Source of the DNA: Escherichia coli
GTDB taxonomy: Bacteria > Pseudomonadota > Gammaproteobacteria > Enterobacterales > Enterobacteriaceae
Length of the DNA stretch: 60,886 bases
Assembly (NCBI RefSeq): GCF_003334385.1
Contig: NZ_QOWN01000028.1
Reading direction: 5' to 3' (one strand)
This document shows, piece by piece, positions 25,951 through 36,834 of this stretch. The notes beneath the pieces are model-generated. The model did not search any database. It saw nothing but the letters and a program-made list of their open reading frames with translations, and was not told the DNA's origin. A program made the position numbers and the translations under genes. The number at the start of each line of letters is the position of its first letter. Position 1 is the first letter of the stretch.

Positions 25951-27294
25951 ATGGCGAACAGCATCACGGCGGATGAGATTCGGGAACAGTTTTCGCAGGC
26001 AATGTCAGCCATGTACCAGCAAGAAGTTCCGCAATATGGCACGCTGCTGGAACTGGTAGCTGATGTGAATCTGGCTGTGCTGGAAAACAATCCTCAACTG
26101 CACGAAAAAATGGTAAATGCAGACGAGCTGGCGCGACTGAATGTTGAACGTCATGGGGCGATTCGCGTTGGGACTGCACAAGAGCTTGCTACTCTTCGGC
26201 GGATGTTTGCCATTATGGGGATGTACCCGGTGAGCTATTACGATCTCTCGCAGGCAGGGGTGCCGGTACATTCGACAGCATTTCGGCCCATTGATGATGC
26301 TTCTCTGGCGCGTAATCCCTTCCGCGTTTTTACCTCCTTACTCCGCCTTGAGCTTATCGAGAACGAAATTTTGCGCCAGAAAGCGGCGGAGATTCTGCGT
26401 CAGCGCGATATCTTCACCCCACGTTGTCGACAACTGTTAGAGGAATATGAGCAGCAGGGCGGTTTTAACGAAACACAGGCACAGGAGTTTGTGCAGGAAG
26501 CCCTGGAAACGTTTCGCTGGCACCAGTCAGCAACGGTAGATGAAGAAACCTATCGCGCATTGCACAACGAACATCGGTTGATTGCTGATGTGGTCTGTTT
26601 TCCTGGATGCCATATCAACCACCTGACGCCACGTACGCTGGATATTGACCGGGTGCAGTCGATGATGCCTGAATGCGGAATTGAACCCAAAATTCTCATC
26701 GAGGGGCCGCCGCGCCGCGAGGTACCGATTTTACTACGCCAGACCAGCTTTAAAGCACTGGAAGAGACGGTGTTGTTTGCGGGGCAGAAACAGGGCACGC
26801 ATACCGCGCGCTTTGGTGAAATTGAGCAGCGTGGCGTGGCATTAACGCCGAAAGGGCGACAACTGTATGATGATCTTCTGCGTAACGCTGGAACCGGGCA
26901 GGATAATCTCACTCACCAAATGCATTTACAGGAAACCTTCCGCACTTTTCCTGACAGTGAGTTTTTAATGCGTCAGCAAGGGTTGGCATGGTTCCGGTAC
27001 CGTCTGACGCCTTCGGGTGAGGCGCATCGTCAGGCGATTCATCCTGGAGACGATCCACAGCCCTTAATTGAACGTGGTTGGGTAGTGGCGCAACCCATCA
27101 CCTATGAAGATTTCTTGCCCGTTAGCGCGGCGGGGATCTTCCAGTCAAATCTGGGTAATGAAACGCAGACACGCAGTCACGGTAATGCCAGTCGCGAAGC
27201 ATTTGAGCAGGCGTTGGGTTGTCCGGTTTTGGATGAGTTCCAGCTTTACCAGGAAGCGGAAGAACGCAGTAAACGTCGCTGTGGTTTGCTTTAA
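25951..27294 (+). CDS. ydcJ: DUF1338-family protein YdcJ (putative metal-dependent enzyme)
   Basis: 447-aa ORF with ATG at 25951 and GGAGG upstream. Confidence 0.82.
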   Translation: MANSITADEIREQFSQAMSAMYQQEVPQYGTLLELVADVNLAVLENNPQLHEKMVNADELARLNVERHGAIRVGTAQELATLRRMFAIMGMYPVSYYDLSQAGVPVHSTAFRPIDDASLARNPFRVFTSLLRLELIENEILRQKAAEILRQRDIFTPRCRQLLEEYEQQGGFNETQAQEFVQEALETFRWHQSATVDEETYRALHNEHRLIADVVCFPGCHINHLTPRTLDIDRVQSMMPECGIEPKILIEGPPRREVPILLRQTSFKALEETVLFAGQKQGTHTARFGEIEQRGVALTPKGRQLYDDLLRNAGTGQDNLTHQMHLQETFRTFPDSEFLMRQQGLAWFRYRLTPSGEAHRQAIHPGDDPQPLIERGWVVAQPITYEDFLPVSAAGIFQSNLGNETQTRSHGNASREAFEQALGCPVLDEFQLYQEAEERSKRRCGLL

Positions 27295-27518
27295 AATCTG
27301 ACCATCCGCCTTTGCAAAAATTTGCCTGATTTTACAAACGAATCAGGCTCATCCCATCGACATAAAAAAAATGCCGATTTATGCATATTCTCTCAGTTCA
27401 ACAATTGGATTATTAATAAATATTGTCTAGAGTGAGCGGTCATAAATAAGCACTTTCTTGCCGCTGAAAACGACCAGCGCGGGACCATTCACAACACCAG
27501 AAGGACTCACTTTCAGGT

Positions 27519-29174
27519 ATGGATCGTAGACGATTTATTAAAGGTTCAATGGCTATGGCCGCCGTGTGCGGTACCAGCGGCATTGCTTCTCTTTTTTCTC
27601 AGGCGGCATTCGCGGCAGATTCTGATATTGCCGACGGGCAAACCCAGCGTTTTGACTTCTCCATTCTACAGTCAATGGCGCACGACTTAGCGCAAACAGC
27701 GTGGCGTGGTGCGCCTCGTCCGTTACCTGACACGCTGGCGACAATGACGCCGCAGGCTTATAACAGTATTCAATACGACGCCGAAAAATCGCTCTGGCAT
27801 AACGTTGAGAACCGTCAACTGGACGCTCAGTTCTTCCATATGGGAATGGGATTCCGTCGCCGCGTTCGTATGTTTTCTGTAGATCCAGCAACACATCTGG
27901 CGCGTGAAATTCACTTTCGCCCGGAGTTGTTCAAATACAACGATGCAGGTGTTGATACAAAACAATTAGAAGGGCAAAGCGATCTCGGCTTTGCCGGTTT
28001 TCGCGTGTTTAAAGCCCCCGAACTGGCGCGCCGTGATGTAGTATCATTTCTCGGCGCGAGTTATTTCCGCGCCGTTGATGATACATATCAATACGGTTTG
28101 TCGGCCCGCGGCCTGGCGATCGACACTTACACCGACAGTAAAGAAGAGTTCCCCGACTTTACCGCCTTCTGGTTTGATACGGTAAAACCGGGGGCAACTA
28201 CCTTTACCGTTTATGCGTTGCTCGATAGCGCCAGCATTACTGGTGCCTATAAGTTCACTATCCATTGTGAGAAAAGTCAGGTGATTATGGATGTGGAAAA
28301 TCACCTGTATGCGCGCAAAGACATTAAACAGCTGGGCATTGCGCCGATGACCAGTATGTTCAGCTGCGGTACTAATGAACGTCGGATGTGCGATACAATT
28401 CATCCGCAAATTCATGACTCTGATCGTCTGTCCATGTGGCGGGGCAACGGCGAGTGGATTTGCCGTCCGCTGAATAATCCGCAAAAATTGCAGTTCAATG
28501 CTTACACCGACAACAACCCGAAAGGGTTTGGTTTATTGCAACTGGATCGTGACTTCTCCCATTATCAGGACATTATGGGCTGGTATAACAAACGCCCAAG
28601 TCTGTGGGTGGAACCGCGTAACAAGTGGGGTAAGGGCACCATCGGCCTGATGGAAATCCCAACAACGGGCGAAACGCTGGATAACATTGTCTGCTTCTGG
28701 CAGCCAGAAAAAGCTGTAAAAGCAGGTGATGAGTTTGCATTCCAGTATCGTCTGTACTGGAGTGCGCAACCGCCTGTTCATTGCCCATTAGCGCGCGTTA
28801 TGGCGACGCGTACCGGCATGGGCGGTTTCTCGGAAGGTTGGGCGCCAGGTGAACACTATCCCGAAAAATGGGCGCGTCGTTTTGCCGTCGATTTCGTTGG
28901 TGGTGATCTGAAAGCTGCCGCGCCAAAAGGCATTGAGCCGGTGATTACGCTTTCCAGTGGGGAAGCGAAGCAAATCGAAATTCTCTATATTGAACCCATC
29001 GATGGTTATCGTATTCAGTTTGACTGGTATCCGACTTCGGACTCCACTGATCCGGTCGATATGCGGATGTATCTACGTTGTCAGGGGGACGCTATCAGTG
29101 AAACATGGCTGTATCAGTATTTCCCGCCAGCGCCGGATAAACGTCAGTATGTTGACGACCGCGTGATGAGTTAA
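27519..29174 (+). CDS. opgD: Glucans biosynthesis protein D (periplasmic, Tat-exported)
   Basis: 551-aa ORF; the N-terminus [19 protein letters not shown] carries a twin-arginine (RRxFIK) signal. Confidence 0.9.
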   Translation: MDRRRFIKGSMAMAAVCGTSGIASLFSQAAFAADSDIADGQTQRFDFSILQSMAHDLAQTAWRGAPRPLPDTLATMTPQAYNSIQYDAEKSLWHNVENRQLDAQFFHMGMGFRRRVRMFSVDPATHLAREIHFRPELFKYNDAGVDTKQLEGQSDLGFAGFRVFKAPELARRDVVSFLGASYFRAVDDTYQYGLSARGLAIDTYTDSKEEFPDFTAFWFDTVKPGATTFTVYALLDSASITGAYKFTIHCEKSQVIMDVENHLYARKDIKQLGIAPMTSMFSCGTNERRMCDTIHPQIHDSDRLSMWRGNGEWICRPLNNPQKLQFNAYTDNNPKGFGLLQLDRDFSHYQDIMGWYNKRPSLWVEPRNKWGKGTIGLMEIPTTGETLDNIVCFWQPEKAVKAGDEFAFQYRLYWSAQPPVHCPLARVMATRTGMGGFSEGWAPGEHYPEKWARRFAVDFVGGDLKAAAPKGIEPVITLSSGEAKQIEILYIEPIDGYRIQFDWYPTSDSTDPVDMRMYLRCQGDAISETWLYQYFPPAPDKRQYVDDRVMS

Positions 29175-29313
29175 TCGTTTTTTCTTCGGCACCTTCTTCG
29201 GGAGGTGCCGTCTGGTTAAACACGATCCCGCTCGCATTTTTCCCTAAGTTAAATGAGTAATCTGATGGTGTGTATTTCAGATACACCTTGTCAGCCACTA
29301 ACAGGGAGTGCGT

Positions 29314-29538
29314 ATGTTTCCAGAATACCGAGATTTAATATCCCGTCTGAAAAACGAAAATCCTCGCTTTATGTCCTTGTTCGATAAACACAATAAACTT
29401 GATCATGAAATTGCCAGAAAGGAAGGTTCCGACGGTCGAGGGTACAATGCGGAAGTGGTCCGCATGAAAAAACAAAAGCTACAGTTAAAAGATGAGATGC
29501 TCAAAATCCTGCAGCAGGAGAGCGTCAAAGAGGTGTAA
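29314..29538 (+). CDS. ydcH: Small DUF465-family protein YdcH
   Basis: ORF track starts at GTG 29308; ATG at 29314 has an AGGGAG site upstream and gives 74 aa. Confidence 0.75.
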   Translation: MFPEYRDLISRLKNENPRFMSLFDKHNKLDHEIARKEGSDGRGYNAEVVRMKKQKLQLKDEMLKILQQESVKEV

Positions 29539-29548
29539 ACTTTCCTAA

Positions 29549-29571
29549 GCCGCCAGCCAGGCGGCTTTTTT
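29549..29571 (+). terminator. Rho-independent terminator after ydcH
   Basis: GCCGC-cagccag-GCGGC hairpin followed by TTTTTT. Confidence 0.6.
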
Positions 29572-29600
29572 AACAACTGCATGGATTGACTGGAGATAAG

Positions 29601-30140
29601 ATGACTGAAACGATAAAAGTAAGCGAATCACTTGAATTACATGCTGTTGCAGAAAATCACGTCAAACCTCTTTATCAGTTAATCTGTAAAAATAAAACCT
29701 GGTTACAGCAGTCGCTAAACTGGCCGCAGTTTGTTCAAAGTGAAGAGGACACGCGAAAAACGGTGCAGGGTAATGTGATGTTGCATCAACGCGGCTATGC
29801 CAAAATGTTCATGATTTTCAAAGAAGATGAACTTATCGGCGTTATCTCGTTTAATCGTATTGAACCACTGAATAAAACCGCTGAAATAGGCTACTGGCTG
29901 GACGAATCTCATCAGGGGCAGGGGATCATTTCTCAGGCGCTGCAGGCATTGATTCATCATTACGCCCAGTCTGGTGAACTTAGACGCTTCGTGATCAAAT
30001 GTCGGGTGGACAATCCGCAAAGCAACCAGGTCGCTTTGCGCAATGGTTTTATCCTTGAAGGTTGCCTGAAACAGGCTGAGTTCCTGAATGATGCCTATGA
30101 TGATGTGAACTTATACGCGCGTATTATCGATTCACAATAA
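29601..30140 (+). CDS. rimL: Ribosomal-protein-L7/L12 serine N-acetyltransferase (GNAT)
   Basis: ORF track 29586..30140; ATG at 29601 follows a GGAGA site and gives 179 aa ([16 protein letters not shown]..). Confidence 0.85.
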   Translation: MTETIKVSESLELHAVAENHVKPLYQLICKNKTWLQQSLNWPQFVQSEEDTRKTVQGNVMLHQRGYAKMFMIFKEDELIGVISFNRIEPLNKTAEIGYWLDESHQGQGIISQALQALIHHYAQSGELRRFVIKCRVDNPQSNQVALRNGFILEGCLKQAEFLNDAYDDVNLYARIIDSQ

Positions 30141-31112
30141 CCCTGCCAGCGGCGTTCGCGTAATGCGCTCCTCGCCGTTAATGACTTTTGGACCACGGAC
30201 ATGAACCGTGTCGCCATCAAAGGCTTCAACGACGGCGTGGTCGGTTAACTCCACATGGTTTTCAATTATCACCGCACCTGTAATACGGCTCTCACCTTGT
30301 ATGACAACGTGCTCGTCGAGCAGAATCGGTCCGCCACGTACCACGGCATTTCCGCCAACCAAGACATGATGTTTTAACACACAATTACCTTCCACAATGG
30401 CATATTCCGCCACCTGCGAACTGTAATGAATCGTCGGAATGGCATCTTCTTCTATGCCAGCTTTCACCTGCGCGTGACCGTAGACTTTAGCGCAATCGCA
30501 TAGCCAGACATTGTTCTCTTCATTACCTTCAATACTGGCAAAATCAAAAACTTCGGCGCGATGTTCAATAAAAGCATACCGGACGACGGCATCGCCATAA
30601 ATTTGTGCCTGGTGGACAATACGCGAGGCGCTAACCCTTGCGCGATCATAAATTTGGAGCAGGAGTTGATGGTCGGGCGTTAAGCCTTGTGCGGCGACGA
30701 TCATAGAATGTTGATCAATTAAGGCGTGACCAAATATTCTACATTGCCCGTAAACTAATGAGTCATGAATGGTGACGCTGTCACTTATATATGCACCCTG
30801 GCTGATTTCACTATTATCGATCCAGACGTTATCCGTTGCGTAAACCTCTCCCCACAGCACGCTGGTGCCGGTGATACGCGTATTACCGGAAATCACCGCT
30901 CCGCCGAACGCAATAGCATTCTGGTCGTAAATCCAGCAATTTCCTTCTTGTGCTAACACCGTTTCGCGATCGATCCAGCCGCCAGCGGCTCCTGCTATCA
31001 CATCGTTAAAATCGCTAATGGCGATAATCTGCCGTAATAACACATTTTTTTTAGTGCCATCTTCCTGATAACTAAAGGCTCGCTGTTCTTCACTTAGACG
31101 ATATTTGCGCAT
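30132..31112 (-). CDS. ydcK: Hexapeptide-repeat (left-handed beta-helix) protein YdcK, putative acyltransferase
   Basis: 326-aa minus-strand ORF; its 3' end overlaps the rimL 3' end by 9 nt (convergent overlap). Confidence 0.82.
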
Positions 31113-31235
31113 AGCGTTTTCCCACAGGTGACTTACTATAACCGTAGCAAATTCTGCGGCTCTGGCTATGCTCGAGAAAATTCCATAAAATGCATTTCAA
31201 ATATACTTTATAAATTAAACAAAATGAGTAAGAAG

Positions 31236-32228
31236 ATGCAGAGCGATAAAGTGCTCAATTTGCCGGCAGGCTACTTTGGTATTGTGTTGGGGACGATAGG
31301 GATGGGATTTGCCTGGCGCTATGCCAGCCAGGTTTGGCAGGTCAGCCACTGGTTAGGGGATGGGCTGGTGATTCTGGCGATGATCATCTGGGGATTATTG
31401 ACTAGCGCATTTATTGCCCGACTCATACGCTTTCCGCATAGCGTGCTGGCGGAAGTTCGCCATCCAGTGCTGAGCAGTTTTGTGAGTTTGTTTCCGGCAA
31501 CGACGATGCTGGTGGCGATTGGTTTTGTTCCGTGGTTTCGCCCACTGGCGGTGTGCCTGTTCAGTTTTGGTGTCGTGGTTCAGTTGGCTTATGCCGCCTG
31601 GCAAACTGCGGGATTATGGCGCGGATCTCACCCTGAAGAAGCTACCACGCCTGGACTGTATCTGCCGACAGTTGCCAACAACTTTATCAGCGCAATGGCC
31701 TGTGGTGCGTTGGGCTACACCGACGCCGGTCTGGTGTTTTTAGGCGCAGGCGTTTTCTCATGGCTAAGCCTTGAACCGGTGATCTTGCAGCGTCTGCGCA
31801 GTTCGGGAGAATTACCCACGGCACTGCGGACATCACTCGGCATTCAGCTCGCTCCTGCGCTGGTGGCTTGTAGTGCCTGGCTGAGCGTCAACGGCGGCGA
31901 GGGTGACACGCTGGCGAAAATGCTTTTCGGTTATGGACTGCTGCAACTGCTGTTTATGCTACGTCTGATGCCATGGTATCTCTCCCAGCCATTTAATGCT
32001 TCATTCTGGAGTTTCTCGTTCGGCGTATCTGCACTGGCAACCACCGGTTTGCATCTGGGGAGTGGCAGCGATAATGGATTTTTCCATACGCTGGCGGTGC
32101 CGCTGTTTATCTTTACCAATTTTATTATTGCAATACTGCTCATCCGTACTTTTGCGCTTCTGATGCAGGGAAAATTGTTAGTCAGAACCGAGCGCGCCGT
32201 TTTAATGAAAGCAGAGGACAAAGAATGA
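31236..32228 (+). CDS. tehA: Tellurite-resistance / dicarboxylate-transporter-family membrane protein TehA
   Basis: ORF track 31128..32228; the internal ATG at 31236 gives 330 aa ([19 protein letters not shown]..); polytopic membrane protein. Confidence 0.88.
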
Positions 32229-32818
32229 TCATTCGTGACGAAAACTATTTTACTGATAAATATGAATTAACCCGCACACACTCTGAAGTACTGGAAGCGG
32301 TGAAAGTGGTTAAACCGGGTAAAACGCTGGATCTGGGCTGTGGCAATGGTCGTAACAGTCTTTACCTGGCAGCCAATGGTTATGATGTTGACGCATGGGA
32401 TAAAAATGCCATGAGTATCGCCAACGTCGAGCGCATTAAATCCATTGAAAATCTGGATAATTTACACACCCGAGTCGTTGATCTGAATAACCTCACATTT
32501 GATAGACAGTACGATTTTATTCTTTCGACTGTGGTGCTGATGTTCCTTGAGGCTAAAACCATCCCCGGGTTGATTGCCAATATGCAACGTTGCACTAAAC
32601 CTGGTGGTTACAACCTGATTGTGGCGGCGATGGATACCGCTGATTATCCATGTACCGTCGGCTTCCCGTTTGCCTTCAAAGAGGGAGAATTACGTCGATA
32701 TTACGAAGGCTGGGAGAGGGTGAAATACAATGAAGACGTCGGCGAGCTGCACCGCACCGACGCCAACGGTAATCGTATTAAACTGCGTTTCGCCACGATG
32801 CTGGCACGTAAAAAATGA
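32225..32818 (+). CDS. tehB: Tellurite methyltransferase (SAM-dependent)
   Basis: 197-aa ORF; start overlaps the tehA stop (ATGA); SAM-binding motif [10 protein letters not shown] is present. Confidence 0.9.
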
Positions 32819-33119
32819 CCCGGTAAGCACAAAACGCGTGAAAATTCCCCACGCTGAGATGATTTACTGTTCTTCTTTTCGGTAAGCATATTTTTTATCG
32901 AAGGGATGTGAAATTAATCACAGTAGTCGAAGTTTTTAGCAGCTTAACTTACTGAAATTTAAGTACTGATGATTGACTTAGCCCCTTTTTCGGCATTGAC
33001 TATGTCGTCTGAAAAGGGGCTGAAAAATTTATTTTCACCAACACTTTTTTTGCCACAACACGAAGCGGCGCTTTTTGCTATAACTTAGAAAGTAATATAA
33101 TCATCTCAGGAAACTATTC

Positions 33120-33788
33120 ATGCGTACCACATCATTTGCGAAAGTTGCAGCTTTATGCGGCTTATTGGCTCTGTCTGGTTGTGCCTCTAAAATCACCCAG
33201 CCAGATAAATATTCTGGTTTTTTAAACAATTACTCTGATTTAAAAGAAACAACCTCGGCTACAGGTAAACCTGTTTTACGTTGGGTAGACCCGAGTTTTG
33301 ATCAAAGCAAATATGACAGCATCGTCTGGAACCCAATCACTTATTATCCGGTACCGAAACCGTCGACCCAGGTAGGGCAGAAAGTTCTGGATAAAATTTT
33401 GAACTATACCAACACCGAAATGAAAGAAGCGATAGCGCAGCGTAAACCACTGGTTACCACCGCTGGGCCGCGTAGTCTGATTTTCCGTGGGGCCATTACC
33501 GGTGTAGATACCAGCAAAGAAGGGCTGCAATTCTATGAAGTGGTTCCTGTTGCATTAGTGGTTGCGGGGACGCAAATGGCTACAGGCCACCGTACCATGG
33601 ATACTCGCCTCTATTTTGAAGGTGAGCTGATTGATGCAGCGACTAATAAACCGGTTATCAAAGTCGTTCGTCAGGGCGAAGGTAAAGACCTGAATAACGA
33701 AAGTACGCCAATGGCTTTCGAAAATATTAAACAAGTTATTGATGACATGGCGACCGATGCCACCATGTTTGACGTTAACAAAAAGTAG
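33120..33788 (+). CDS. ydcL: Lipoprotein YdcL (DUF3313)
   Basis: 222-aa ORF; signal peptide with lipobox LALSGC. Confidence 0.85.
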   Translation: MRTTSFAKVAALCGLLALSGCASKITQPDKYSGFLNNYSDLKETTSATGKPVLRWVDPSFDQSKYDSIVWNPITYYPVPKPSTQVGQKVLDKILNYTNTEMKEAIAQRKPLVTTAGPRSLIFRGAITGVDTSKEGLQFYEVVPVALVVAGTQMATGHRTMDTRLYFEGELIDAATNKPVIKVVRQGEGKDLNNESTPMAFENIKQVIDDMATDATMFDVNKK

Positions 33789-33796
33789 TTCCAGAC

Positions 33797-33821
33797 GCGC
33801 CATCGTTAGATGGCGCTTTTT
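33797..33821 (+). terminator. Perfect hairpin plus T-run immediately after ydcL; may also be the subterminal hairpin of the adjacent IS element
   Basis: GCGCCATC-gtta-GATGGCGC followed by TTTTT. The tnpA stop codon on the opposite strand lies inside the loop. Confidence 0.6.
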
Positions 33822-34312
33822 ATCCGGTGCGCCGTAAAACCCCATCCTTCAGGGCGGGGATATAAGGCGCGGTTTTCCACCTGACCAGGTGTTTGCTGTT
33901 GTTCAATGTATTGGCGGATGACGGATATTGGCGCACCTCCGCAGCTACTGGCAAAATAGCCAGGACTCCACAAAACGCCTTTGTAGTAATACCTGAATGC
34001 AATATCTGGTCGATCTCGTCGCAGTCACCTACCCGATACGCCTTTGAGGCTGTTTACCAGACTGGATATCGCCAGTTTGGGAGGATAGTTAATTAACAAA
34101 TGGACGTGATCTGGTTCGCCATCCATTTCAACCAGTTCAGCTTCAAAATCAGCACATACATTTGAAAAGTAAGTGCGTAGTTTTTCTGTCGCGTCATGGT
34201 CAAAAATCTGGCGTCGGTATCTGGTGACAAAGAGCAGGTGAACATGCATCAGGAAAACACAATGCCTTCCACGCCGGATATCGGTTTCTTTTTTCACAGA
34301 CCAAAGTATCAT
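33806..34312 (-). pseudogene. tnpA: IS200/IS605-family Y1 (HUH) transposase TnpA, interrupted by an in-frame TGA
   Basis: ORF track 34025..34312 (95 aa) contains the HUH motif (HVHLL). The same frame continues past TGA at 34025-34027 into ..SPGYFASSCGGAPISVIRQYIEQQQ.., the conserved C-terminal segment of this transposase family, ending at a stop at 33806-33808. Confidence 0.65.
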
Positions 34313-34319
34313 TTGACCT

Positions 34320-35528
34320 GTGAAACGATTACAGGCATTTAAATTCCAGTTAAGACCCGGTGGTCAACAGGAGTGTGAAATGAGGCGCTTCGCAGGCGCA
34401 TGTCGTTTCGTTTTCAATCGTGCTCTGGCACGTCAGAATGAGAATCATGAGGCCGGTAATAAATACATCCCTTACGGGAAAATGGCTTCCTGGCTGGTTG
34501 AGTGGAAAAATGCCACTGAAACGCAATGGCTTAAAGATTCTCCCTCACAGCCATTGCAACAGTCACTGAAAGACCTTGAGCGGGCTTACAAAAACTTCTT
34601 CCGGAAGCGGGCTGCTTTTCCCCGATTCAAAAAGCGGGGACAGAATGATGCATTCCGCTACCCGCAGGGCGTTAAGCTCGATCAGGAAAACAGCCGTATT
34701 TTTCTGCCGAAACTGGGCTGGATGCGCTACCGGAACAGCCGTCAGGTCACGGGTGTTGTGAAAAATGTCACTGTCAGCCAGTCCTGCGGTAAGTGGTACA
34801 TCAGTATTCAGACAGAAAGTGAAGTATCAACTCCGGTTCACCCTTCAGCATCAATGGTCGGGCTGGATGCTGGCGTGGCTAAACTCGCCACGCTGTCAGA
34901 TGGCACAGTCTTTGAGCCTGTAAACAGTTTTCAGAAAAACCAGAAGAAGCTGGCGAGACTTCAGCGACAGTTAAGCCGCAAGGTCAAATTCAGCAACAAC
35001 TGGCAAAAGCAGAAACGCAAAATACAGCGACTGCATTCCTGTATCGCAAATATCCGCAGGGACTACCTTCACAAAGTCACAACGGCCGTCAGCAAAAACC
35101 ACGCAATGATAGTCATTGAGGATTTGAAGGTCAGCAACATGTCAAAGTCAGCAGCGGGTACGGTCAGCCAGCCGGGGCGCAATGTCCGGGCAAAATCAGG
35201 TTTAAACCGTTCGATACTGGATCAGGGCTGGTATGAAATGCGCCGCCAGCTTGCGTACAAGCAGCTCTGGCGTGGCGGTCAGGTGCTTGCTGTTCCGCCA
35301 GCGTATACAAGCCAGCGTTGCGCGTACTGTGGTCATACAGCGAAAGAGAACCGCCTGTCACAAAGTAAATTCAGATGCCAGGTATGTGGATATACAGCGA
35401 ACGCCGATGTAAATGGCGCTCGCAACATTTTAGCGGCGGGGCACGCCGTTCTTGCCTGTGGAGAGATGGTGCAGTCAGGTCGCCCGTTGAAGCAGGAACC
35501 CACCGAAATGATTCAGGCGACAGCCTGA
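34320..35528 (+). CDS. insQ: IS200/IS605-family TnpB (RuvC-like RNA-guided endonuclease family; IS609 transposase B)
   Basis: 402-aa ORF starting at GTG. Conserved N-terminal [10 protein letters not shown] motif; RuvC-like motifs ([14 protein letters not shown]; [11 protein letters not shown]; DVNGARNI) and a CxxC..CxxC zinc finger (CAYCGH..CQVCGY) are all present in the translation. Confidence 0.85.
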   Translation: MKRLQAFKFQLRPGGQQECEMRRFAGACRFVFNRALARQNENHEAGNKYIPYGKMASWLVEWKNATETQWLKDSPSQPLQQSLKDLERAYKNFFRKRAAFPRFKKRGQNDAFRYPQGVKLDQENSRIFLPKLGWMRYRNSRQVTGVVKNVTVSQSCGKWYISIQTESEVSTPVHPSASMVGLDAGVAKLATLSDGTVFEPVNSFQKNQKKLARLQRQLSRKVKFSNNWQKQKRKIQRLHSCIANIRRDYLHKVTTAVSKNHAMIVIEDLKVSNMSKSAAGTVSQPGRNVRAKSGLNRSILDQGWYEMRRQLAYKQLWRGGQVLAVPPAYTSQRCAYCGHTAKENRLSQSKFRCQVCGYTANADVNGARNILAAGHAVLACGEMVQSGRPLKQEPTEMIQATA

Positions 35529-35567
35529 ACGTAGCAGGGATCCACGTCCTTCAGGGCGTGGAGGATG

Positions 35568-36743
35568 TCAATATCGGTTTCTGTCAGCGATTAAATTCAA
35601 CACCACGTAACAAACGCCTCCGGCAATTAATCCCCAAAACGCAGAACCAATCCCGACCAGCGTCAATCCACTTGCCGTTACCAGAAATGCCACCACCGCC
35701 GCGTCTCGCTCACGCTCATTATGCAGCGCCTGATACAAACTGCCGCCGATGGTACTTAACAGCGCCAGACCTGCCAGCATCTGGATCCAACTTACGGGCA
35801 GGGCAGCCATCATCCCGGTAATGGCACTACCAAACAGACCTGCGAGCAAATAGAAAATGCCTGCAACGGCAGCGGCCAGCCAACGTTGATCTTTATCCGG
35901 ATGCGCTTCCGGGCTTTGGCAAATAGCCGCGGTGATTGCCGCAATACCGACGGAATAAACGCCGAAAGGGGAAAAAACCAGTGCCAGCAATCCAGTAAAT
36001 ACAATTAATGGCGAAACAGGAGCCGAATATCCAGCTGCTTTCATTGCTGCGATACCCGGTGCGTTTTGCGATGCCATCGTCACCAGAAAAAGGGGGAGTG
36101 CAACGCTCAGGCTGTGAGCAAACGAAAAATCAGGGGTAATATAAGTGGGGAGAACGGGTTTAAAGACAACATCAGTTGTGACAACGTCACCTTGCGCGAT
36201 GACGATCACGATCCCAATAATCATCGCGGCAATTACCGCATAGCGCGGCGCAACGGCCTTGGTTGCCAGCCATACCAGCAACATACTTCCACACAACGTA
36301 AATTGACCGTCCAGACTGGCAAACGCCTGTAAACCAAAGCGTAATAAAATCCCGGCAAGCATTGCCGCCGCAAGCGAGTGCGGAATAATGCGCATCAGAC
36401 GAGCAAAGAGTCCCGTTATGCCGCAGAGGACTATTAGCGCGTTGGTGACAATAAAAACGCCGATGGCTTCGTTAAGTGTTAGTCCCTGCAATCCGGTGAC
36501 CAACAAAGCCGCGCCAGGCGTTGACCATGCGGTGAGAACAGGTACGCGATACCATAATGTCAGAGTCAGCGTACTGACGCCCATTGCCAGCCCCAGCGCC
36601 GTCATCCAGCCAGAGATTTGTGCAGTGGTGGCTCCGGCGACAATCGCTGCTTGCCAGATTATTGCCGCTGAACTGGCGTAGCCAATTAATACCGCCAGAA
36701 ACCCCGCCAGTAGCGTGGGTGGAGGAATAGAAAACAGACGCAT
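35568..36743 (-). CDS. ydcO: BenE-family (benzoate-transporter-like) inner-membrane protein
   Basis: ORF track 35568..37004; the internal ATG at 36743 gives 391 aa (MRLFSIPPPTLLAGFLAVLIG..); highly hydrophobic polytopic protein. Confidence 0.82.
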   Translation of the reverse strand: MRLFSIPPPTLLAGFLAVLIGYASSAAIIWQAAIVAGATTAQISGWMTALGLAMGVSTLTLTLWYRVPVLTAWSTPGAALLVTGLQGLTLNEAIGVFIVTNALIVLCGITGLFARLMRIIPHSLAAAMLAGILLRFGLQAFASLDGQFTLCGSMLLVWLATKAVAPRYAVIAAMIIGIVIVIAQGDVVTTDVVFKPVLPTYITPDFSFAHSLSVALPLFLVTMASQNAPGIAAMKAAGYSAPVSPLIVFTGLLALVFSPFGVYSVGIAAITAAICQSPEAHPDKDQRWLAAAVAGIFYLLAGLFGSAITGMMAALPVSWIQMLAGLALLSTIGGSLYQALHNERERDAAVVAFLVTASGLTLVGIGSAFWGLIAGGVCYVVLNLIADRNRY

Positions 36744-36834
36744 AGTCACCTCGTGCGTTATAGCGTACAGGCACCGTAGCATTTGTCCGTTATAACGCAC
36801 AAGTGATAAACTTCCGTTTTGCCGGAGGAGTCGC

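Larger units (their letters stand above)
33789..35567. mobile_element. IS200/IS605-family insertion sequence (IS609-like) with divergent tnpA and tnpB; boundaries approximate
   Basis: Divergent TnpA (Y1/HUH) and TnpB ORFs whose start codons are 8 bp apart. The element fills the gap between the ydcL stop (33788) and the ydcO stop (35568). No terminal inverted repeats are expected for this family. Confidence 0.7.

Noticed and set aside
35375-35821. 148-aa plus-strand ORF spanning the tnpB 3' end and the ydcO 3' end
   Set aside because: It straddles the IS boundary and overlaps two better-supported genes in other frames; more likely non-coding right-end and guide-RNA region.
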